Source: Bacteroidales bacterium
Lineage (GTDB): Bacteria > Bacteroidota > Bacteroidia > Bacteroidales > UBA7960
NCBI GenBank assembly: GCA_007134525.1
Contig: SLKR01000045.1
Span: 7,621-71,620 of the forward strand
Direction of reading: 5' to 3'
Length of the DNA: 64,000 nt
Part shown: in pieces, positions 58,126 through 64,000 of the stretch
Position numbering within the stretch: the first letter of the stretch is position 1
Layout: each line of letters begins with the position of its first letter
Made by a program: the position numbers and the translations under genes
Notes under the pieces: generated by a model
Databases searched by the model: none
The model's input: only the letters and a program-made list of their open reading frames with translations
What the model was told of the DNA's origin: nothing

Positions 58126-59021
58126 GTTTCTACCCTGCGCATGTACCTGAAAAGCAGTATAACAAAAAACATGCTTACAGCTGCTGCATAAGGTGCAATG
58201 CTCCCTGTTCCGACGTTTTCCACCTCGAAGCCTGTTAATTCGTTGTGCACCAGGTAAAAGAATATCACCGCCATGGCATTGTTAAAAAAGTGTGCAAAAA
58301 CAGGGATCCATATGTTCCCGGTAACAACAAGCATATATCCCAGTACCATGCCAAGCATAAGGCGGGGAAGAAATCCGTAAAACTGCATATGCATCGAGCT
58401 GAAAAGCACTGCTGCAATAAATACCGCAATATGTACATTGCCAGTCCACTGCCTGAATATACGCTGAATGGCACCCCTGAAGATAAACTCCTCTCCTAAT
58501 GCAGGTATAACAGCGATCATAAAAATATTAAACAACAAGCCCCACGGTGTACTGACATCCAGCAGAATTTTTGTCATATGTTCAGCGGCCTCCTCCGACT
58601 GTCGCATCCATTGTTCCAGGCCCTTCATTGATTCGGGAAGGCTCAAATCCTGGTTGACCTCCAAAAGGAAGTTAACCATTGGAACTGCCGCCACCATTAT
58701 TACTGCCGTTATCAAAACCGACAGTCCGAGGGGCCTTTTTGCGGCCCTGAAGTATCTGGCCGGCTTGCCGCCTACCAATATGCCAAACCCTGCAGCTGAT
58801 ATTATAAAAAGACCCAGATGGCTCAGTATCTGGACATACCTCAGACTGTTTATACTCATATCCCCTGCCCCGAGACCGCTCAGCATTTCGTCACCTATAA
58901 ACGGATAGGCGATAATAAACCCTACAATCAATACCACCAGAGTACTGCCAAGCATCAGAAGGGCCAGAAGCAGGAGTTTCAAAAAGGGGTGGAGCCCGCC
59001 AAGAATACCGCCATCTTTCAT
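58122..59021 (-). CDS. CPBP family intramembrane glutamic endopeptidase (CAAX protease-like)
   Basis: EEFIFRG motif, FSSMH and HFFNN in TM helices. The start is set at MKDGGILG. Confidence 0.85.
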   Translation of the reverse strand: MKDGGILGGLHPFLKLLLLALLMLGSTLVVLIVGFIIAYPFIGDEMLSGLGAGDMSINSLRYVQILSHLGLFIISAAGFGILVGGKPARYFRAAKRPLGLSVLITAVIMVAAVPMVNFLLEVNQDLSLPESMKGLEQWMRQSEEAAEHMTKILLDVSTPWGLLFNIFMIAVIPALGEEFIFRGAIQRIFRQWTGNVHIAVFIAAVLFSSMHMQFYGFLPRLMLGMVLGYMLVVTGNIWIPVFAHFFNNAMAVIFFYLVHNELTGFEVENVGTGSIAPYAAAVSMFFVILLFRYMRRVET

Positions 59022-59085
59022 AAGACAACAATTGTTTATTTTTGTTTTCCGGAGAAGCACCAAAAATAAGCAAAGTTTACGATAA

Positions 59086-60096
59086 ATGTCAGAGGCAGGA
59101 TCCAATACCGCCCTTCAGGGCATCAAAATAGGGAATGTGAACTTCGACAAACTCCCTGTCGTGCTCGCCCCCATGGAGGATATAACCGACCCGCCCTTTA
59201 GGATTATCTGCAGGGAGCTGGGTGCCGACTGGGTTTACACTGAGTTCATATCAGCAGATGGGCTGATACGCGACGCCGGTAAAAGCCTGCAAAAACTGGA
59301 CGTATATCCTGAAGAGCGGCCGGTTAGCATACAGATTTTCGGTGCAAACCCGGAAGCAATGGAGGAAGCTGCCCGTCGTGCAGAGGATGCAGGCCCTGAA
59401 TTCATCGACATCAACTTCGGCTGCCCGGTAAGAAAAGTAGCATCAAAGGGGGCAGGCTCAGGTATAATGAATGATATACCGAAAATGGCTGAGATTACAA
59501 GGCGGGTGGTCAGGGCCGTGAATATACCCGTTACCGTAAAGACAAGACTGGGATATGATAAATCCACAAAAAACATTGTTGATATTGCAGAAAAGCTGCA
59601 GGATTGCGGTATTGCCGCCATTGCAATACACGGGCGCACCCGCTGCCAGCTATACCGGGGCACCGCCGACTGGACACTTATCGGTGAAGTTAAGAACAAC
59701 CCCCGGATGCACATACCTGTAATAGGTAACGGGGATATTAAAGACGGGCCCTCGGCATTCAGTGCCTTTGAAAAATACGGGGTTGACGGTATAATGATTG
59801 GCAGGGCGGCCACCGGCAACCCATGGATATTCAAAGAGATAAGGCACTATCTAAAAACAGGCAGCATTATTCCGCCACCAGGGCTAAAGGAGAAAATTGC
59901 CCTTTGCCGGAGGCACATCAGGATGTCAGCCCAATGGAAGGGTGAGCATATTGCCGTATTTGAGATGAGGAAACACTACTCCAGTTATTTCAGCGGCATT
60001 CCCAACTTCAAGCCATTCCGGATAAGGCTTGTAACAGCTCCTTCACTGCCAGAGCTTGAACAGGTTCTGGATGAGATCGAGAATGTCTTTTCATAA
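59086..60096 (+). CDS. dusB: tRNA-dihydrouridine synthase B
   Basis: LAPMEDITDPPFR, DINFGCP, KTRLG and IHGRTR. Confidence 0.9.
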   Translation: MSEAGSNTALQGIKIGNVNFDKLPVVLAPMEDITDPPFRIICRELGADWVYTEFISADGLIRDAGKSLQKLDVYPEERPVSIQIFGANPEAMEEAARRAEDAGPEFIDINFGCPVRKVASKGAGSGIMNDIPKMAEITRRVVRAVNIPVTVKTRLGYDKSTKNIVDIAEKLQDCGIAAIAIHGRTRCQLYRGTADWTLIGEVKNNPRMHIPVIGNGDIKDGPSAFSAFEKYGVDGIMIGRAATGNPWIFKEIRHYLKTGSIIPPPGLKEKIALCRRHIRMSAQWKGEHIAVFEMRKHYSSYFSGIPNFKPFRIRLVTAPSLPELEQVLDEIENVFS

Positions 60097-60729
60097 TGAT
60101 TTGAGGCGGTGCCCTGAGGTGAACAAATCAGCAACCTCAGCCTTTCCTGTATCCAAATGATGCGCCTTTAAGCCTGCCTTTCTTGCTCCCTCAACATGCT
60201 GAAATGTATCGTCAATAAAAAGTGTCTCTTCTGCCCTGAGACCATTTTCTTCCAGCACAAAATCAAATATTTCCCTGTCGGGCTTCCTCATTCCTATCTT
60301 ATAAGAGAGGTATTGTTTTTCAAACAGTTCCTCCAGGTCTGTGAAGCCGTATTTCTTAAAAAGACCCTCACTGTATGCAGGGTAATGAATCGCATTTGTA
60401 TTGCTGAGCAGGAATATCCGGTATCTTTTCCTGACCATTTCCAAAAGGGCAAGTCGGCGGGCAGGAAGGTCAAGCAGCATTGCATTCCAGGCTTGGTCAA
60501 TCTCATAATCCCTTGCAGCAAGTCCGCTTATTCTCCTTAGCTCATCGCGGAAGTCTTCAGGCGAGATCGCCCCCTTGTCAAATCTGTCAAAAAGCATTAC
60601 CTGCGATGCCTGGTTGAATATTGAATCAAAATCTCTCACACCAAGCTTTTTGAATTGATCAATGGTTAGATCATAGTTTATATTAAGCAGTACGCCCCCC
60701 AGGTCAAAGACAATGTTCCTTATTTCCAT
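60091..60729 (-). CDS. HAD-superfamily hydrolase, subfamily IA
   Basis: Motif I FDLGGVL, motif II LLSNT and motif IV FIDD. Confidence 0.85.
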   Translation of the reverse strand: MEIRNIVFDLGGVLLNINYDLTIDQFKKLGVRDFDSIFNQASQVMLFDRFDKGAISPEDFRDELRRISGLAARDYEIDQAWNAMLLDLPARRLALLEMVRKRYRIFLLSNTNAIHYPAYSEGLFKKYGFTDLEELFEKQYLSYKIGMRKPDREIFDFVLEENGLRAEETLFIDDTFQHVEGARKAGLKAHHLDTGKAEVADLFTSGHRLKSL

Positions 60730-60829
60730 TTTCTGTTATTTACGCAAACCGCAACCCAATAAACCGGGATTACTGTGAAAAATAAAGGGGCAAAGAAAAA
60801 AAACTTTTCTGATTAATCAGAATATTATG

Positions 60830-60837
60830 TAAATTTG
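60830..60837 (+). promoter_or_regulatory. Bacteroidetes-type -7 promoter motif candidate for tRNA(CAT)
   Basis: TAAATTTG matches TAnnTTTG, 44 nt upstream of the tRNA 5' end. Confidence 0.3.
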
Positions 60838-60881
60838 CAATCCCAAAACGGAATTATCCCAAACAGGATTGAACGTTTTCA

Positions 60882-60955
60882 GGGCCCATAGCTCAGTTGG
60901 TTAGAGTAGCTGACTCATAATCAGTTGGTCGCTGGTTCGAGCCCAGCTGGGCCCA
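60882..60955 (+). tRNA. tRNA with anticodon CAT; acceptor stem and variable/T region look more like tRNA-Ile2 (lysidine) than elongator tRNA-Met
   Basis: 74 nt cloverleaf. Acceptor GGGCCCA/TGGGCCC, anticodon arm GCTGA-CTCATAA-TCAGT, T-arm GCTGG-TTCGAGC-CCAGC. Confidence 0.9.
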
Positions 60956-60964
60956 CAAGATAAT

Positions 60965-61003
60965 CAGCCACTTACGAGGAGATCGTGGGTGGCTGGTTTT
61001 TTT
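60965..61003 (+). terminator. Rho-independent terminator after tRNA(CAT)
   Basis: CAGCCAC...GTGGCTG hairpin followed by G-TTTTTTT. Confidence 0.65.
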
Positions 61004-61132
61004 ATGTGAACATAATTTGAGACATTTATGGGTAGTTACATAGTCTTTTTTGATATTTTCTTGCGTTTACCAGCAATGAAAAACCGTCATTTTCTTTCAG
61101 CGTGCAACTTCTTCATCACTCTCCTTAGAGGT

Positions 61133-61318
61133 CTAAAAAAAAGTACCTGCATTCTGAACCCTTTTTAGCATGGAGCGCCGGTGCTGAAAGAAAACAAATC
61201 CGGCGATCAGGATGCCTCCCAGCGCCAGGGCCCATAATGAAAGTGGGATAGGTAGCGGAACTTCTTGAAATGTAACGACTACAGAATCGCTCAGAAGAAT
61301 GCCACCTGGAAGATCCAC
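61133..61318 (-). other. Short ORF or gene remnant ending in a PEP-CTERM-like sorting tail
   Basis: GTG-started 61-codon ORF, about 70 codons stop to stop. The tail is EVPLPIPLSLWALALGGILIAGFVFFQHRRSMLKR (VPxP, then a TM helix, then a basic cluster). Confidence 0.25.
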
Positions 61319-61339
61319 ACATCGTTCGCACTCCCTTCT

Positions 61340-61560
61340 AGTGTCATTTCAACCATGAATTGACGGATAAAGGCGATGCAGTTTTATTCTTGCATCATCA
61401 GTGAAGAACTACCACTTAATCTTCGCATTCTTGTTGTTTCTGTGGTTTTGCCACGCCTTTACCTATGATTTGATCATGTTTATTTTGTCAATTCTTCTGT
61501 TTAACATTGTTTGGTTAATACTGGACTTCCCCCATTAATTAGGACGCTAAGATACAATAA
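61340..61560 (-). pseudogene. Stop-interrupted remnant, possibly of a transposase gene
   Basis: My hand translation of the minus strand gives ...VKAWQNHRNNKNAKIKW*FFTDDARIKLHRLYPSIHG*. The ARIKLxRLYP string recalls IS-encoded proteins, but the family is not verified. Confidence 0.3.
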
Positions 61561-61602
61561 GCTGTTTTTTAAAAATACTATTAATTTTTACAAATTCATC
61601 GA

Positions 61603-61940
61603 TTATTTTGCTCCATAAGGCTTCACAGCAACCACTCTTGTATCCTGAAAACCCTTGCACATCATCTCCTTGGCTTCTTTTGAACGCTGCCTGCCTAAAA
61701 TCCAGCAATTGTTTCCCGCTGGGTATCGAAGCTCTGTAAACTGGTTGTTAATAAACTTGTTGCCTTTGGTTTTAAGCTTGGGATTGAGCCACTGGTAAAG
61801 TCAATAAAAAGGCAAGGGTGCATCCAGGTTCCGCGAATGCGGTCTGTTTTCTTGGTGCGAAGAACCATTGCAGAGACAACTATAGATATGGGTGGCCGGT
61901 CAAGCCCAGCCACATGCCTGATGTTATAGGCTGGTTTCAA
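61603..61940 (-). pseudogene. KilA-N domain gene fragment, N-terminally truncated and frameshifted
   Basis: One frame reads ...RIRGTWMHPCLFIDF. After a 1-nt shift near 61797-61800, another frame reads WLNPKLKTKGNKFINNQF... to the stop at 61603-61605. Intact homologs read GTWxHPxLxIDFAxWLNPxFK. Confidence 0.5.
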
Positions 61941-62797
61941 TCACTAAGCCTCGATAAAATAACCCCCGGTTCCAATCCCAGATTCGAAAACGCAAACCAT
62001 TTTTTACCAAGGTCTTTCAAACTGGCACCAATGTGATAGACCTCATCATCAATAATGATAAAGCGATCATGACTGTCTTCAAACCTCGTAATTTCGAGGC
62101 TTCCATGTTGCTGATTAAATTTGTCTGTTGCCAGTGATAGCCTTGGGTTGAGGTGCCGGGTGTAAATTTTCACTGATACTTTGCTGTTTTTGCAGGAGAA
62201 TAACTGCAAGGTGTCTTCATCCACATAATTGTCTACCAGAATAATTCTGGATTTTGCGGATGCAATGAGCTTCGAAATAAATAAAAAAGCGTCAAACACC
62301 TGGCCATTAAAGAATATGCCTTGCCGGGGTGTTAAACTCTTTTGCTCCAAGGCATCGAAAAGCTTATTAAAGTTCTCATCGTGTTCCAGGAGTTTTTGAT
62401 CGATTTGATGAAATTTCTCAAAAACAACAGCATTGTTTATCAAAAAACGGCGCATCTCGACAAAAGCAGTGATGATCTTTATGCTTACCTCAACGGCTTT
62501 CTTGCTTTTCAAAACTGCGGATAACATAGAGACTCCTTGCTCAGTAAACACAAAAGGATTATATCTTCTACCACCATGAGTACTTGAGGTCACAGTTTGT
62601 GACCTCAAGATTTGAAGTTCACCTTTACTTAATTGGAACATAAAATGATCGGGAAAGCGCTCTTTATTCCGCTTAACTGCCTGATTAAGAACCTTAATCT
62701 CTACATTATACAACTCTGCAAGGTTGCTGTCAAGCATCACCTGAACACCCCTTATGGTATGGATCTTGCTATTTATTAAACCCTCAATTTGACTCAT
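61937..62797 (-). CDS. ORF6N (KilA-N-related) DNA-binding domain protein with an HKD/PLD-like C-terminal domain
   Basis: N-terminal IHTIRGVQVMLDSNLAELYNVEIKVLNQAVKRNKERFPDHFMFQL is the ORF6N signature. The C-terminal region contains SHDRFIIIDDEVYHIGAS = HxR(x)4D(x)6G. Confidence 0.75.
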   Translation of the reverse strand: MSQIEGLINSKIHTIRGVQVMLDSNLAELYNVEIKVLNQAVKRNKERFPDHFMFQLSKGELQILRSQTVTSSTHGGRRYNPFVFTEQGVSMLSAVLKSKKAVEVSIKIITAFVEMRRFLINNAVVFEKFHQIDQKLLEHDENFNKLFDALEQKSLTPRQGIFFNGQVFDAFLFISKLIASAKSRIILVDNYVDEDTLQLFSCKNSKVSVKIYTRHLNPRLSLATDKFNQQHGSLEITRFEDSHDRFIIIDDEVYHIGASLKDLGKKWFAFSNLGLEPGVILSRLSD

Positions 62798-62927
62798 CGT
62801 AATTTGCAGGTAAATGATTAATTAGCATACAAATAAAGAAATGTTTCATATTATAAATAAATTTATTACTCTTAATTGCACAACTTTAAGAACAAAATAA
62901 GTTTGTTATGAATTTGGCGTTGAAGGT

Positions 62928-63146
62928 ATGGAACGCAGGTCAAGCCCTGTATATATCAGCACTGCTTCAACGGTAACGGCTATGAGAGGCATGGATGAGG
63001 CGATAGATGAAATTGCTGTTCGGGCGATAAAAGAGGCCACATGGAAGCCAGGCCAAGTAAATAATAATCCGGTACGAAGTCGTTTGGTTTTCCCTGTTGT
63101 CTCCTGTTTTCCGGATAGGACACCCATTTTCAAAAGTTGTTGTTAA
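62928..63146 (+). pseudogene. TonB C-terminal domain fragment (no TM or proline-rich N-terminal part)
   Basis: GMDEAIDEIAVRAIKEATWKPGQVNNNPVRSRLVFPV matches the TonB_C pattern (LDxEAxRxxxxxxWKPGxxxGxPV). Only ~72 codons are open. Confidence 0.5.
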
Positions 63147-63541
63147 TTGTTTGCATTATTTGTTCTTGGGCTGGGTTGTTTTTCAGTAAAACCTTTTGCC
63201 TGTTGCCATTTTTGTACTGGAAAACAACCTCATACATTTTGTTGATTTGTTTTATTGCTTGATTGATAGTGATGTTTGTTTGATTTTCACTCAACTTTTC
63301 AGTTGAAGTCTACATGATCCCTGTGCCGAAGCGTAACGATGCATCCCTTTATAATGTCTAATCGGAAATCCAGGGCTTTCTTCACCTTAAAAGAGAAACC
63401 CCGGCCTCTATGACCAGGGCTTCACTATTATTATGTAATAGTTACTGGCCTATAAAACTTGTTTAGAATGTATTGAATACCTGTTAAGTTCTGTTTGATG
63501 CCCGCTTCTTCGTTGTGTTTGTCGGGGAGAAAAGTGATGGC

Positions 63542-63919
63542 CTATCGGCCCCTGAACAGATAGCTACCGTAGGCAACGGCCATAACAACATGAAAGCCGA
63601 CAACAACCCACATCCACAGATTGAGCTCAAGACCAGTGAACAACATCAGAGCGAGCTTCACCAGTACCATCGCGATGAACATCAGAAAGAACACGAGAAT
63701 GATCGGGAAACGGACCTCGTCGACTGTCTTGTTTCGGGAGCCGAATGCAATCCCCCCAAATGCGAGGATTCCAAGTCCGAAGTACCTCCAACCAATGGTT
63801 CCCATAGAATCGGTCGGCACTGCAAGAAAGTCGCTAATGAAACCCGGAAATGCCAGGAATGCCAACCCGAAACCGAGGGCAGCTACTGAGTGGAACCAGA
63901 AAAGCATTCTCGGCTTCAT
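63542..63919 (-). CDS. Small 4-TM membrane protein of unknown function (possibly DUF4345-like)
   Basis: Four hydrophobic helices in ~125 aa. The start is set at MKPRMLFWF. The family guess is from memory only. Confidence 0.5.
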   Translation of the reverse strand: MKPRMLFWFHSVAALGFGLAFLAFPGFISDFLAVPTDSMGTIGWRYFGLGILAFGGIAFGSRNKTVDEVRFPIILVFFLMFIAMVLVKLALMLFTGLELNLWMWVVVGFHVVMAVAYGSYLFRGR

Positions 63920-64000
63920 GTGTATCTCCTTTAGTAATTGTTTCATAATCGAATGTTTAAGTTAAATTTAATGTTTGCCAACATCGGCATATCACCAATG

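Noticed and set aside
60811-60822. A perfect 12-bp palindrome CTGATTAATCAG lies upstream of tRNA(CAT).
   Set aside because: It is short and AT-rich, occurs only once in the window, and I recognise no known operator consensus. It is probably chance or part of the promoter spacer.
61896-61911. GGTCAAGCCCAGC resembles the tRNA(CAT) T-arm/3' segment GGTTCGAGCCCAGC and could be an attR-type repeat.
   Set aside because: The match is only ~12 of 14 nt with an indel, does not include the acceptor 3' end, and lies inside the KilA-N fragment reading frame. It is too short and imperfect to distinguish from chance.
62906-63133. A 75-aa minus-strand ORF lies in the island.
   Set aside because: It is the antisense shadow of the TonB C-terminal fragment, whose plus-strand translation carries the recognisable WKPG motif.
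63130-63237. A 35-codon minus-strand ORF (MYEVVFQYKNGNRQKVLLKNNPAQEQIMQTINNNF) lies in the non-coding part of the island.
   Set aside because: It is too short and has no motif or detectable ribosome-binding or promoter context. It cannot be supported from sequence alone.
1-64000. I looked for CRISPR arrays, tandem or interspersed repeats, rRNA, tmRNA, RNase P or SRP RNAs, and intact IS elements or integrases.
   Set aside because: Reading the intergenic regions by eye, I found no regularly spaced direct repeats and no long structured non-coding stretches in the core region. The only duplicated sequence seen is the tRNA-Glu pair. A computational repeat and Rfam scan would be needed to exclude small elements.

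Overview
This is 64 kb of a Bacteroidota-type chromosome. Supporting signs are the gldE-gldD gliding-motility pair, many lipobox lipoproteins, TAnnTTTG-like -7 motifs and few Shine-Dalgarno sites. Anaerobe-style metabolism is suggested by 2-oxoacid:ferredoxin oxidoreductase, a 2x[4Fe-4S] ferredoxin and formate-THF ligase. The first ~61 kb is densely coding and mostly housekeeping: yebC, queD, pyk, upp, radC, rpsT, folK, sppA, alkaline phosphatase, a Mo/W-cofactor operon next to a WtpBC/ModBC-type transporter, fhs, pabB, korAB, fdx, tatC, pruA, ansA, tatD, kbl-tdh, dnaX, an M16 peptidase pair, dusB and three tRNAs. I found no CRISPR array, no intact mobile element and no recognisable multi-gene defence or toxin system. 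I cannot point to a convincing new system in this window. The observations most worth a second look are these. (1) dnaX is split at an A10 tract that carries the A-AAA-AAG slippery heptamer in phase, and the long form needs a -1 shift. (2) A roughly 3 kb AT-rich, pseudogene-filled island sits directly 3' of a tRNA(CAT). Its one large intact gene fuses an ORF6N DNA-binding domain to an HKD-like motif. (3) The Mo/W-cofactor locus has an unusual gene content: no binding protein, no moaD/moaE, and a MOSC-MogA fusion. (4) Several protein families of unknown function occur here: two paralogous lipoproteins, and tandem GIN-domain genes, one fused to a beta-barrel. All functional calls rest on motif and family recognition by eye. 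No database search was run.
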